A stretch of 64,000 bases of DNA from an uncultured delta proteobacterium. Lineage in GTDB: Bacteria > Desulfobacterota > Desulfomonilia > UBA1062. This document shows positions 43,203 through 52,935 of the stretch, piece after piece. The stretch covers positions 64,001 through 128,000 of the forward strand of contig CAWCTR010000007.1 in NCBI GenBank assembly GCA_963798485.1, read 5' to 3'. The notes under the pieces were generated by a model. It saw only the letters and a program-made list of their open reading frames with translations, was not told where the DNA came from and searched no databases. A program made the translations under genes and the position numbers. Each line of letters starts with the position of its first letter. Position 1 is the stretch's first letter.

Positions 43203-44593
43203 CTGACAAACCGTGGTCCGGAAGGTTTTTGCAAGGCATGGACAAGCAGGTGGAGGCATTCACCGCCTCTGTGGATGTCGACGGCAGGCTGTACCGGCAG
43301 GACATCGCCGGCAGCATCGCCCATGCGCACATGCTTGCATCATGCAAACTGATCACCGATCAAGAGGCCGGGGCCATTATCCATGGGCTTGAGGCCATCA
43401 GGGCGGATATCGAAAACGGGACCTTCCGGTTCAGCCAGGCCCTGGAAGATGTCCACATGAACATCGAGACCGAGCTCACCAGAAGGATCGGGGAGGCGGG
43501 CAAGAAGCTCCATACTGCACGCAGCAGGAACGACCAGGTGGCCACGGACTTCCGGTTGTATGTCCGCAAAGCCCTTCAGGATATGTCTCAGGAACTCAAG
43601 GGGTTCATGGAGGCCTTGCTTATAAAGGCAGACAGCCAGGTAGATACCATTATCCCGGGCATGACGCATCTTCAGCACGCCCAGCCGGTATCCCTTGCAC
43701 ATCATCTGCTCGCCTATTTCGAGATGGGCAGAAGGGACCATGAGCGCATTGCCCAGGCAATCAAACGGGTCAATGTCTCGCCACTGGGCAGCGCGGCCCT
43801 GGCAGGAACGCCGCACCCCATCGACCGGGGACAGACGGCGAAAGACCTCGGATTCTCGGATCCCATAAGGAATTCCATCGATGCCGTGAGCGACCGCGAC
43901 TTTGCCGTTGAGGCCGCCTTTGTCTGCAGTGTGGTCATGATGCACCTGAGCAGGCTCGCTGAGGAGATCATCATCTGGAACTCCCAGCCCTTTTCCTTCA
44001 TTGAACTGGGCGATGCCTATTGCACGGGCAGCTCCATCATGCCCCAGAAGAAGAACCCGGATGTGGCGGAACTGGTGAGGGGAAAGACAGGTGGTGTCTA
44101 TGGGAACCTTTTGTCACTGCTTATCATGATGAAAGGGCTGCCCTTAGCCTATAACCGGGACATGCAGGAAGACAAGAAGCCTCTCTTCGAGGCCCTGGAT
44201 ACGGCCGGCTCATCACTACGGCTCATGGCAGGCCTTGTGGCAGGGATGAGCCCCAGGGCAGAATCCCTTTCCAGGTCATTGCAGGATGGGTTCATCACGG
44301 CAACTGACATGGCCGACTATTTGGCGGCCAAGGGCATGCCGTTCAGGGAGGCGCACCGCATCACGGGCGAGATCGTATCCTTGCTGATAAGCAAAAACAT
44401 GCAGTTCTCCGACCTCGAACTCTCTGAGCTCAAGGCCTTCAGTGCCCTGTTCGAAGCCGATGTGTTTGCAGCCCTTGACCCGGCATCCTCAATGGACAGG
44501 AGGACAAGCTATGGAGGCACGGCCAGGGAGAATGTGCGCAAGGCCCTGAAGGAGGCACGCGTATTTCTGGAGTCACTGGCCCATGAGGATTAG
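43199..44593 (+). CDS. argH: Argininosuccinate lyase
   Basis: [30 protein letters not shown]. Confidence 0.98.
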   Translation: MTDKPWSGRFLQGMDKQVEAFTASVDVDGRLYRQDIAGSIAHAHMLASCKLITDQEAGAIIHGLEAIRADIENGTFRFSQALEDVHMNIETELTRRIGEAGKKLHTARSRNDQVATDFRLYVRKALQDMSQELKGFMEALLIKADSQVDTIIPGMTHLQHAQPVSLAHHLLAYFEMGRRDHERIAQAIKRVNVSPLGSAALAGTPHPIDRGQTAKDLGFSDPIRNSIDAVSDRDFAVEAAFVCSVVMMHLSRLAEEIIIWNSQPFSFIELGDAYCTGSSIMPQKKNPDVAELVRGKTGGVYGNLLSLLIMMKGLPLAYNRDMQEDKKPLFEALDTAGSSLRLMAGLVAGMSPRAESLSRSLQDGFITATDMADYLAAKGMPFREAHRITGEIVSLLISKNMQFSDLELSELKAFSALFEADVFAALDPASSMDRRTSYGGTARENVRKALKEARVFLESLAHED

Positions 44594-44963
44594 GTGGCCC
44601 TTCATCGCGGTTGCAATCCTTATTGTCCTTTCGGGCTGCGGCAGGAAGATGCCGCCCTTGCCGCCCACGCTCCCTGACCCGGTGGAGGTGGGCTCTATCA
44701 CCTTTGTCGGCAAGGAGGTGATTGCAAGGGCACGGTGCAATATGCCGGATGCCACGGTGCTGTTGCTGGGCAAACCCAAGGGATTATGCCCCAACTGCAC
44801 GGATGACCTTGTGGTAAAGCAGAAGATGACTCTTGAGAAACCCGGTGAGCTCGTCTTAAAAGACACTTCACCCGAATCCGACTATATGGTCTACCGTATC
44901 TCTGCAGAGCATGGCACCACGAAATGGACCACACCGGCGAGGATCGTGGTGAAAAAGCAGTAA
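44583..44963 (+). CDS. Lipoprotein between argH and lysA
   Basis: Lipobox LSGC-GRK.PP.PP; internal CPNC. Confidence 0.8.
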   Translation: MRIRWPFIAVAILIVLSGCGRKMPPLPPTLPDPVEVGSITFVGKEVIARARCNMPDATVLLLGKPKGLCPNCTDDLVVKQKMTLEKPGELVLKDTSPESDYMVYRISAEHGTTKWTTPARIVVKKQ

Positions 44964-45000
44964 CGGCAGGAATATTCATCAAAGGAAGGGACAGTAAACT

Positions 45001-46260
45001 ATGCATGATTTTGACTATGACAAAGCAGGACAATTGTGCTGTGCGGAAGTGCCTCTTGAGAAGATCGCCCGCGAGATCGGCACACCGTACTACTGCTATA
45101 GCCTTCCCACCCTCAGACGCCATATCCAGGCCTTTGAGGAGCCGCTTGAGAGCATCGACCACCAGACATGCTTTGCCATGAAGGCAAATTCCAATCTGGC
45201 CATCCTCACCCTCATGGCACATCACGGCCTTGGTGCCGATGTAGTCTCGGGAGGCGAGCTCTTCCGGGCACTCAAGGCCGGAATCCCTGCATCCAAGGTC
45301 GTCTACTCCGGGGTGGGTAAAACCACCTTTGAGATCGACATGGCCATACAGGCCGGCATCATGATGTTTAACATCGAGAGCGAGCAGGAGCTCTCGGTCA
45401 TCAATGAACGCGCCGGGGCCTTACGGAAGAAGGCGCCCATATCAATCAGGGTCAACCCGGATGTGGACCCCCAGACCCATCCCTATATCTCAACGGGCAT
45501 GAAACAGAACAAGTTCGGCATCGATATCGAAGGGACCCTCAGGCAGTACCTCAGGGCAAAAGACATGAAGCATATCGAGATCGTGGGCATAGATTGCCAC
45601 ATCGGCAGCCAGCTCACCGACATCAGCCCGTTCATCGATGCCATAGAAAGGCTTAAACTGCTCATCGCGAACATCAAAGACCTTGGCATCGAGTTTAAAT
45701 ACCTCGATCTCGGAGGGGGCCTGGGTATCACCTATTCATCCGAGCATCCGCCTCACCCCAAAGAATACGGCGCTGCCATCATCGATGCGGTCAGAGGTCT
45801 GACCCTCAAGCTGATCTTCGAGCCCGGCAGGGTCATTGTAGGAAATGCGGGCGTGCTCGTGACCCGGGTGCTTTACCGCAAGGAGGCGGATAAGAAGACC
45901 TTCATCATCGTGGATGCGGGCATGAATGACCTTATCCGGCCGGCGCTGTACGGCGCTTACCACGATATAAAGCCCCTTGTGAAGAAAACCGGCCCGGCCG
46001 AGAAGGCCGACGTGGTGGGGCCCATCTGCGAGTCCAGTGATTTCCTGGCAAAAGACAGGGATCTGCCGCATCTATCCAGGGGCGACCTCATCGCGGTGAT
46101 GAGCGCCGGGGCCTATGGTTTTACCATGGCCTCGAACTACAACTCCCGTCCCAAACCCCCAGAGGTTTTGGTAGATGGTAAAAACTATTCTGTGGTAATA
46201 CACAGGCAATCTTATGAAGACCTCATCGCGGGGGAGTCAGTCCCCGGCGGTCTGGTCTAA
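45001..46260 (+). CDS. lysA: Diaminopimelate decarboxylase
   Basis: FAMKANSN, HIGSQ, EPGR, GPICESSD, MASNYN. Confidence 0.97.
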   Translation: MHDFDYDKAGQLCCAEVPLEKIAREIGTPYYCYSLPTLRRHIQAFEEPLESIDHQTCFAMKANSNLAILTLMAHHGLGADVVSGGELFRALKAGIPASKVVYSGVGKTTFEIDMAIQAGIMMFNIESEQELSVINERAGALRKKAPISIRVNPDVDPQTHPYISTGMKQNKFGIDIEGTLRQYLRAKDMKHIEIVGIDCHIGSQLTDISPFIDAIERLKLLIANIKDLGIEFKYLDLGGGLGITYSSEHPPHPKEYGAAIIDAVRGLTLKLIFEPGRVIVGNAGVLVTRVLYRKEADKKTFIIVDAGMNDLIRPALYGAYHDIKPLVKKTGPAEKADVVGPICESSDFLAKDRDLPHLSRGDLIAVMSAGAYGFTMASNYNSRPKPPEVLVDGKNYSVVIHRQSYEDLIAGESVPGGLV

Positions 46261-46274
46261 CTAGAGGGAGGAGA

Positions 46275-47153
46275 ATGATGTTTTCAGGTGCGATCGTGGC
46301 CATTGTAACGCCTTTTAAGGACGGCATGGTTGACGAAAAGGCGTTTAGAGAGCTCATCAATTTCGTCATAAAAGGCGGGGTATCGGGCATCGTGCCCTGT
46401 GGCACAACGGGAGAGTCAGCCACCTTGTCCCATAAAGAGCACGAGTATGTTATCGATATCACGGTGGATGAAGTGGGGAAACGGGTCCCGGTCATTGCGG
46501 GCACCGGCTCAAATTCGACAACAGAGGCCATCCGCCTCACCAGGCACGCCAAGGATGCAGGGGCCGATGCGGCACTGCTCATCACCCCCTATTACAACAA
46601 GCCCACCCAGAAGGGGCTTGTTGAACACTACAAGGCGGTTGCATCCGCATGTGACATCCCCCAGATCCTCTACAACGTCCCGGGAAGGACCGGGGTGAAC
46701 ATGAGCAGCGAGACCGTTGTCGAGTTATCCAAGATAGACAACATCGTGGGCATCAAGGAGGCGAGCGGAGACCTGGTGAAGAGCTCCCAGATCGTTCGTG
46801 ACACGGCGGATGATTTCTGCGTGCTCTCGGGTGAAGATGCCCTGAACTATCCCATTATGTGCTGTGGCGGGGTAGGCGCAATATCCGTAACGGCAAACGT
46901 GTTGCCGGATAGGGTCTCGGCCCTGTGTGCGGCATGGGATGCTCTTGATATACCAAAGGCCCGGAAGATCCACCTGGAGCTTCTGGAAATCAACCAGGCC
47001 CTGTTTATCGAGACTAACCCCATCCCGGTGAAGACCGCGCTGGCCATGATGGGAAAGATGAACGAGGAATTCAAGCTGCCCCTGTGCCCTATGGGGGATG
47101 CCAATAAGAAGAGGCTTGCTTCGGTGCTCAAGCTCTACGGATGCATCAGTTAA
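46275..47153 (+). CDS. dapA: 4-hydroxy-tetrahydrodipicolinate synthase
   Basis: GTTGES, PYYNKP, YNVPGRT, GIKEASG, ETNPIPVK. Confidence 0.97.
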   Translation: MMFSGAIVAIVTPFKDGMVDEKAFRELINFVIKGGVSGIVPCGTTGESATLSHKEHEYVIDITVDEVGKRVPVIAGTGSNSTTEAIRLTRHAKDAGADAALLITPYYNKPTQKGLVEHYKAVASACDIPQILYNVPGRTGVNMSSETVVELSKIDNIVGIKEASGDLVKSSQIVRDTADDFCVLSGEDALNYPIMCCGGVGAISVTANVLPDRVSALCAAWDALDIPKARKIHLELLEINQALFIETNPIPVKTALAMMGKMNEEFKLPLCPMGDANKKRLASVLKLYGCIS

Positions 47154-47169
47154 ACCCTGGAGGTTTCCC

Positions 47170-47985
47170 ATGATCAAGACCGGCGTTGTCGGGTTTGGCG
47201 GGAGGATGGGTTCGCTTATTGCGCGGACAATTATGGACAACCCTGAGTTTGCCTTGGAAGGCGCCCTGGAAGACAAGGCTCACCCGGTTATCGGCAAGGA
47301 TGTGGGCGAGGCGCTTGCATATCCCAAGACCGGAATACGTGTGTCTTCCGTGATAGAGGATGCCTTTGCCGCATCCGACTGCATCATCGACTTCACCTTC
47401 CCCGAGGTGACGCTTAAGGTTTGTTCGTATGCGGCTGATAACGGCAAGGCCATGGTGATCGGCTCCACTGGGTTTACTGAAGAACAGAAAAAGAAGATCG
47501 CATTGTTCGCATCAAAGATACCCATTGTGCTTTCACCGAACATGAGCATAGGGGTCAATATGCTTCTTAAGGTCGTGGGCATGGTGGCCGGCCTTCTGGA
47601 TGAAAGCTATGACGCGGAGATCGTGGAGGCGCACCACAGGCTCAAGAAGGATGCCCCTTCAGGCACTGCCCTGGCGCTGGCTCAAGCCGTGGCCAAGGGA
47701 AGGGGCATCGAACTGGACAGCCATGCCCGGTATGAACGCCACGGCATTATCGGGGTGAGGCCCACAGGCGAGATCGGTATCCAGACCGTCCGCGCAGGGG
47801 ACATCGTGGGAGAGCATACGGTCATGTTTGCAGGCCCCGGCGAGCGCATAGAGATCACCCACAAGGCCCACAGCCGCGAGAACTTTGCCCGTGGGGCCAT
47901 AAAGGCCGCGGCGTGGGTAATGGGCAAACAGCCGGGCCTTTACTCCATGATGGATGTCCTGGGTATCAGCTATGAAGATCGGTAG
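47170..47985 (+). CDS. dapB: 4-hydroxy-tetrahydrodipicolinate reductase
   Basis: G..GRMG, IDFT, EAHHRLKKDAPSGTA. Confidence 0.97.
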   Translation: MIKTGVVGFGGRMGSLIARTIMDNPEFALEGALEDKAHPVIGKDVGEALAYPKTGIRVSSVIEDAFAASDCIIDFTFPEVTLKVCSYAADNGKAMVIGSTGFTEEQKKKIALFASKIPIVLSPNMSIGVNMLLKVVGMVAGLLDESYDAEIVEAHHRLKKDAPSGTALALAQAVAKGRGIELDSHARYERHGIIGVRPTGEIGIQTVRAGDIVGEHTVMFAGPGERIEITHKAHSRENFARGAIKAAAWVMGKQPGLYSMMDVLGISYEDR

Positions 47986-48715
47986 GGGTATATCATCATC
48001 CGGGGGCATCAAGTGGTATTGCACGGATGATGGCCATGGATTCAGCCAGTGGAATCCGGACACCTCGGAAAAGGGCCGGGCAATAGAGATCACGAGGCTC
48101 CTGGCCCCGGCGTTGCCGGGCAAGATCATTGCCGTCGGGTTGAACTACCGAGACCATGCCATGGAGATGGGCCTTGTATTGCCCGAAGAACCCATTGTCT
48201 TCATGAAGCCCTCAACGTCAGTCATTGGATCTGGAGATGGGATCATCTATCCTGCCCAGTCGAACCGGGTGGATTATGAGGCGGAACTGGCCGTGGTCAT
48301 CTCCAAGCAGTGCAAGAATGTTCGAGTTCATGAGGCAGGCGATGTCATCCTTGGGTATACGTGCATGAACGACGTCACCGCCAGGGACCTGCAGATAAAG
48401 GACTCTCAGTGGACACGCGCCAAATCCTTTGACACCTTTGCCCCCCTTGGTCCTTGGATTGATACGGATATAGCAGACCCGAACAACCTTGCCATAACAT
48501 CGCGCCTGAACGGCGAGATCAAGCAATCATCAAACACGAACAACCTCATCTTCAATGTATTCGGACTCATCGAATTTATCTCATCGGTGATGACCCTGGA
48601 AAAATGGGACATCATCGCCACGGGAACGCCCGCAGGGGTCGGCCCCATGGTGAGAGGAGATGAGGTTGAGATAGCCATCGAGGGGATCGGGGCCTTGACA
48701 AACCACGTTGTATGA
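47972..48715 (+). CDS. Fumarylacetoacetate hydrolase family protein
   Basis: KIIAVGLNY, DYEAEL, NDVTARD, KSFDTF.PLGP, TGTPAG. Confidence 0.93.
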   Translation: MKIGRGISSSGGIKWYCTDDGHGFSQWNPDTSEKGRAIEITRLLAPALPGKIIAVGLNYRDHAMEMGLVLPEEPIVFMKPSTSVIGSGDGIIYPAQSNRVDYEAELAVVISKQCKNVRVHEAGDVILGYTCMNDVTARDLQIKDSQWTRAKSFDTFAPLGPWIDTDIADPNNLAITSRLNGEIKQSSNTNNLIFNVFGLIEFISSVMTLEKWDIIATGTPAGVGPMVRGDEVEIAIEGIGALTNHVV

Positions 48716-49197
48716 TGCGAGGATTTCTTTCTCTCGGGTCAAACCTCGGCGATAGGGGGGCTCATCTCAAAGACGCCCTGAGACACCTTGCAACATGGGG
48801 TGTTAAGATCATAAAGGCATCACGCATCTATGAGACAGTCCCGGTGGAGGTGCCGTCGGGGCAGGGCAACTATCTCAACATGGTTCTTGAGGTTGCCTTT
48901 GATGGGGAACCCATGGAGCTGCTGGATCTTTGTCAAAGGGTGGAGGATACGCTGGGAAGGGAACGGCCATACGCCCATGCCCCCAGGACCATTGATATAG
49001 ACATCCTCCTCATCCATGATATACTCCTTGACCAGGAGCGCCTTATTCTACCGCATCCGAGGATGGAAAATAGGGCATTTGTGATCTACCCCCTTGCAGA
49101 AATCGCCCCTGAGCTTATTCTTCCATCAGGGAGGACAGTAACGCAGGTCAAGAAAAACTGTAAAAATGACGAGATAATAAAGATTCGGGATTTGTAA
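48712..49197 (+). CDS. folK: 6-hydroxymethyl-7,8-dihydropterin pyrophosphokinase
   Basis: LSLGSNLGDR, PRTIDIDIL, LPHPRM..RAFV..PL. Confidence 0.95.
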   Translation: MMRGFLSLGSNLGDRGAHLKDALRHLATWGVKIIKASRIYETVPVEVPSGQGNYLNMVLEVAFDGEPMELLDLCQRVEDTLGRERPYAHAPRTIDIDILLIHDILLDQERLILPHPRMENRAFVIYPLAEIAPELILPSGRTVTQVKKNCKNDEIIKIRDL

Positions 49198-49198
49198 G

Positions 49199-50698
49199 AT
49201 GGATGAGCCTATACCTCATAAGCTGAAGATCATGATTGCCGACGATAACCGCGACCTCAACGAGGCCATGCGGGAGATGCTCATTGAGCACGGCTTCGAC
49301 GTAGTGCAGGCATATGACGGCGAAGAGGCCTTTGACCTCTATTCTCAGGAGAAGCCCGATCTTACATTCCTTGACTACCTCATGCCCCAGATGGACGGGG
49401 TCGATGTCCTTGAAGAGATCATGACCATAGACCCCGATGCCCTGGTGGTGTTTATCACGGGCGAGGGGTCTGAGGACACAGCGGTCCAGGCCATGAAGGC
49501 AGGGGCAAAGGATTATGTCACCAAGCCCTTTTCCATGCAGTACCTCGTGCATATCGCAAAAAAGCTCATCAACGAGCATGCCCTGCAGCTTGATAACATA
49601 CGCCTGCGGGCCAGGGGCGATGCCTATAAGGATTATATGGTCACCATTACCGAGACCATGGGTGAGGCGGTGATCACTATCGACGCCAAAGGGACCGTTC
49701 AGTTCATGAATCACATGGCCCACAAACTCTGGGGACCACTTGAAGATATGAAAAACAAGCCCGTGGATGTGCTCATCCCGGACCCGAGCGTAGATGTCTT
49801 TGCGGACATCAGACAGGCATCCCTGGATGGAGATGAATGCTTCCAGAGTGAGTATACCTTCCGCAAGGCCGATGGGGGTATCTTCTCAGGGCTGCTGAGT
49901 GCCTCAACGCTGAAGAGCGAGCAGTATGCGAACAACATTGTGCTCGTTATACGAGATCTCACCGACATCGAGATGATGCGCAGGCAGGTCATCAACGCCG
50001 AAAAGCTGGCTTCATTGGGCAAGGTGGTTGAGGGGGTCGCACATGAAATAAGGAACTCTCTGACCTCGTTAGGGGGGTTCTCCAGACGCCTGAGCAAGTC
50101 GGTTGACCAGAACTGCGCCGAAAAGGTGTACGTAGACTATATCATTGAGGACGTTAAGAGGCTGGAGTCCATGATCCTGGATATCGAGGAATATGTGAAC
50201 TACACCAAGATTCACAGGCCTAACTTCTCCATGACCCATATTGAAGACATCATCAACGATGCCCTTATCAAGAGCTTCGGGTCAGGGAAATTCAGCGGTG
50301 TGGCATATGAGGTGAATGTGCCCCAGGGTATCGAAGAGATCTATGCGGACCACGATTTTCTGGTTGAGGCCTTCTGGCACCTCTTTGTGAACGCATGTGA
50401 ATCCATGGAAGGGAAGGGCTCGCTTGTCGTAACTATAAGCCTCCACCCGCATTATTTAATCGTAGATGTAATTGATTCCGGGAAGGGTATTCCGAGTGAT
50501 GAGATCAAGGATATCTTCAACCCCTTTTATACCAGCAAGTCCCGTGGTGCGGGCCTTGGTCTTTCAAAGGTCTACATGATTATCGAGGAGCATGGGGGCT
50601 TCATCACCGTGAACAGCTCGGTGAACCAGGGGACAAGGATGAGGGTCTTCCTCTCTCGGAGACGAGGGATAAAGCCTCTTGCGCCACAAGAGACTTGA
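49199..50698 (+). CDS. Hybrid sensor kinase (REC-PAS-HisKA-HATPase)
   Basis: ADD..DYLMP..KPF receiver; AHEIRN; DSGKG, FYTSK..GAGLGL. Confidence 0.92.
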   Translation: MDEPIPHKLKIMIADDNRDLNEAMREMLIEHGFDVVQAYDGEEAFDLYSQEKPDLTFLDYLMPQMDGVDVLEEIMTIDPDALVVFITGEGSEDTAVQAMKAGAKDYVTKPFSMQYLVHIAKKLINEHALQLDNIRLRARGDAYKDYMVTITETMGEAVITIDAKGTVQFMNHMAHKLWGPLEDMKNKPVDVLIPDPSVDVFADIRQASLDGDECFQSEYTFRKADGGIFSGLLSASTLKSEQYANNIVLVIRDLTDIEMMRRQVINAEKLASLGKVVEGVAHEIRNSLTSLGGFSRRLSKSVDQNCAEKVYVDYIIEDVKRLESMILDIEEYVNYTKIHRPNFSMTHIEDIINDALIKSFGSGKFSGVAYEVNVPQGIEEIYADHDFLVEAFWHLFVNACESMEGKGSLVVTISLHPHYLIVDVIDSGKGIPSDEIKDIFNPFYTSKSRGAGLGLSKVYMIIEEHGGFITVNSSVNQGTRMRVFLSRRRGIKPLAPQET

Positions 50699-50766
50699 AA
50701 TGAAGTTCATGCATCGGGTAGAGTAACTCGAGTACAATAATGAAATATTTGAATAAAATATTATAA

Positions 50767-51402
50767 ATGACGATAAAGACAAATATGTTTACAAGGACAC
50801 TGGCTTTTCTTTGCGCAGTTGTGACTATTTTTATGTGGGCGAGCCCCGGCCATGCCGATATCTTCATGAGACGCGGGCCAGACGGCACGATGCATTTCAG
50901 CAATTGCCCCATGGGGACGGACTGGAAGCTCTATGCCAAGGAGAAAGCGAGAAAATATCAATACCCCCAATATCCACAATCGCAATACACCGCCAAGAAA
51001 TACTCCAAGTCGCAATATGACAATCTCATCGGCATTATTGCCCGGGGTCAGGGTGTAAGCCCTACGCTCATCAAGAGTGTCATCGAGGTGGAGTCGGGCT
51101 ACGACCCCAAAGCCAAGTCCTCCAAGGGCGCTATGGGCCTTATGCAGCTCATGCCCGGAACAGCCCAGGACCTTGGTGTTTCAGACCCGTGGAACCCCAT
51201 AGAGAACATCACCGCGGGGACGAAGTACCTTTCCTGGTTGATCAGAAAGTACAACGGAAACCTCATGAAGGCCCTGGCTGCCTACAACGCCGGACCGAAT
51301 GCGGTGGACTACTATGGCGGAATTCCACCCTACCAAGAGACAACCGATTATGTTAGAAGTGTCCTTGCCAGATTATACGGGGGAGGATATGCAGGGGAAT
51401 GA
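50767..51402 (+). CDS. SLT-family lytic transglycosylase
   Basis: VES, GAMGLMQLMP, ALAAYNAG, ET..YV. Confidence 0.93.
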   Translation: MTIKTNMFTRTLAFLCAVVTIFMWASPGHADIFMRRGPDGTMHFSNCPMGTDWKLYAKEKARKYQYPQYPQSQYTAKKYSKSQYDNLIGIIARGQGVSPTLIKSVIEVESGYDPKAKSSKGAMGLMQLMPGTAQDLGVSDPWNPIENITAGTKYLSWLIRKYNGNLMKALAAYNAGPNAVDYYGGIPPYQETTDYVRSVLARLYGGGYAGE

Positions 51403-51926
51403 ATATATCAAATGCACTGACCGTCTCGCGGATCTTCATGGTCCCGGTCATTGCGTTGCTGCTCATCCATGACAGTCTTATAAAATCCGTCATTGCCGCA
51501 AGTATCTTCGGGGTGGCTATGATTACGGATTATCTTGACGGGTATTTTGCCAGGAAATACCATCAGGAATCAGACTTAGGCAAGCTGCTGGACCCTTTGG
51601 CGGACAAGTTCCTCATCGGCACCGTCTTGATCATGCTCATTCCATTGGGCAGGATTCCAGCGTGGATAGTAGCCATCATCATAGCCCGCGAGCTTGCTGT
51701 GACCGGGTTACGCAGCATTGCTGCAGAGAAGAAAATCATCATTGCTGCGGATTGGCTCGGTAAGTACAAGACTGCATTCCAGTGCACCGCGCTTATTCCC
51801 CTGATTGTATATCATCCGATCCTTGGATTGCAGTTTCAACAAGCAGGTGATTTCTTTGTGTGGATCGCGCTGTACTTTACCCTCTGGTCCGGTGTGGAGT
51901 GCTTTATCAATTATATCAAGGCCTGA
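51399..51926 (+). CDS. pgsA: CDP-diacylglycerol--glycerol-3-phosphate phosphatidyltransferase
   Basis: N.LT.SRI, TDYLDGYFARK....LGKLLDPLADK. Confidence 0.93.
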   Translation: MNISNALTVSRIFMVPVIALLLIHDSLIKSVIAASIFGVAMITDYLDGYFARKYHQESDLGKLLDPLADKFLIGTVLIMLIPLGRIPAWIVAIIIARELAVTGLRSIAAEKKIIIAADWLGKYKTAFQCTALIPLIVYHPILGLQFQQAGDFFVWIALYFTLWSGVECFINYIKA

Positions 51927-51977
51927 GCTCAGACCTCATGCGCCGGAAGTGTGCCGGCAAACCTGCCGATTCTTTTC

Positions 51978-52190
51978 TTAGCCGTTTTTTGTCGTGAACA
52001 TACCAAGCTGTGTATAGAGCGGACACACCCCGGAGGTTGCACTTGAAAGCAGCATACCGCCTGCCATTAACGAGATGGCTGCGATGAACGATATCTTGCC
52101 TCTCATGACGAGGAGTAAGAGGATAATGGCCGCTATGCCTACACGGATGAATTTGTCGGTGGTCCCGACATTCTGCTCAAAGGATTCCAT
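51978..52190 (-). CDS. DUF2892-like small membrane protein
   Basis: NVG.TD..IR ... G.CPLY..LG..T. Confidence 0.85.
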   Translation of the reverse strand: MESFEQNVGTTDKFIRVGIAAIILLLLVMRGKISFIAAISLMAGGMLLSSATSGVCPLYTQLGMFTTKNG

Positions 52191-52309
52191 GAACTACCTC
52201 CACGTTGATCTTAAGGCATATTCTCTCTTGAAAACATGCTTCTGTCAACATAGTGGTATTGAATCTGCAAGATAAAACCATTATGTTAATAAGGAGAGGA
52301 GATAAATTC

Positions 52310-52564
52310 ATGACGAACAAGAAAATAAAGCTCTACACATTAAGCACTTGTAGTCACTGCAAGGCCGCAAAAAAATTTCTGAACGATCTGAGTGTACAAT
52401 ATGACTGCATCGATGTAGATCTACTCGATGCCCAAGACAAGGCGGCGGTTCTTGACGAGGTGAGAAAATACAACCCTAAATTGACCTTCCCCACAATCCT
52501 CTGCGGGGACAGGGTCATCATCGGGTTCCAGGACCGCGAAATCAAGGAGGCGCTCGGCCTATGA
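52310..52564 (+). CDS. Glutaredoxin/NrdH-like redoxin
   Basis: CSHC, TFPTI, IIGF. Confidence 0.9.
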   Translation: MTNKKIKLYTLSTCSHCKAAKKFLNDLSVQYDCIDVDLLDAQDKAAVLDEVRKYNPKLTFPTILCGDRVIIGFQDREIKEALGL

Positions 52565-52893
52565 ACGATGCGGAAAGGCTCTATGAAATGCTGAAAAAGG
52601 TCCAGGAGCCGAAGGGATACTTTTTCAATAAGGATAGAGCCCGGGTACTTGACCTGCTTGAGGCGCTGCTTATCAATAAGGACCGCTATGGCTATATGTG
52701 CTGTCCGTGCAGGCTTGCCTTGGGCGATAAGGGAAAAGACCGTGATATTATCTGCCCGTGCGTCTACAGGGCCGCGGATGTTGAGGAATTCGGCAGCTGT
52801 TACTGCAATCTCTATGTCTCTTCCGATTGGAATGAGGGGAAGATCCCTGAGAGTTACGTCCCTGAACGGAGACCGGCTGATAAGTATGTGTAG
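52561..52893 (+). CDS. Ferredoxin:thioredoxin reductase catalytic-subunit-like protein
   Basis: CPC, CPC, CYC triad; ATGA overlap with the redoxin gene. Confidence 0.9.
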   Translation: MNDAERLYEMLKKVQEPKGYFFNKDRARVLDLLEALLINKDRYGYMCCPCRLALGDKGKDRDIICPCVYRAADVEEFGSCYCNLYVSSDWNEGKIPESYVPERRPADKYV

Positions 52894-52935
52894 GATAGCG
52901 GACGATCTGAAGATGAGAGGGGAAAAACAGGATAC

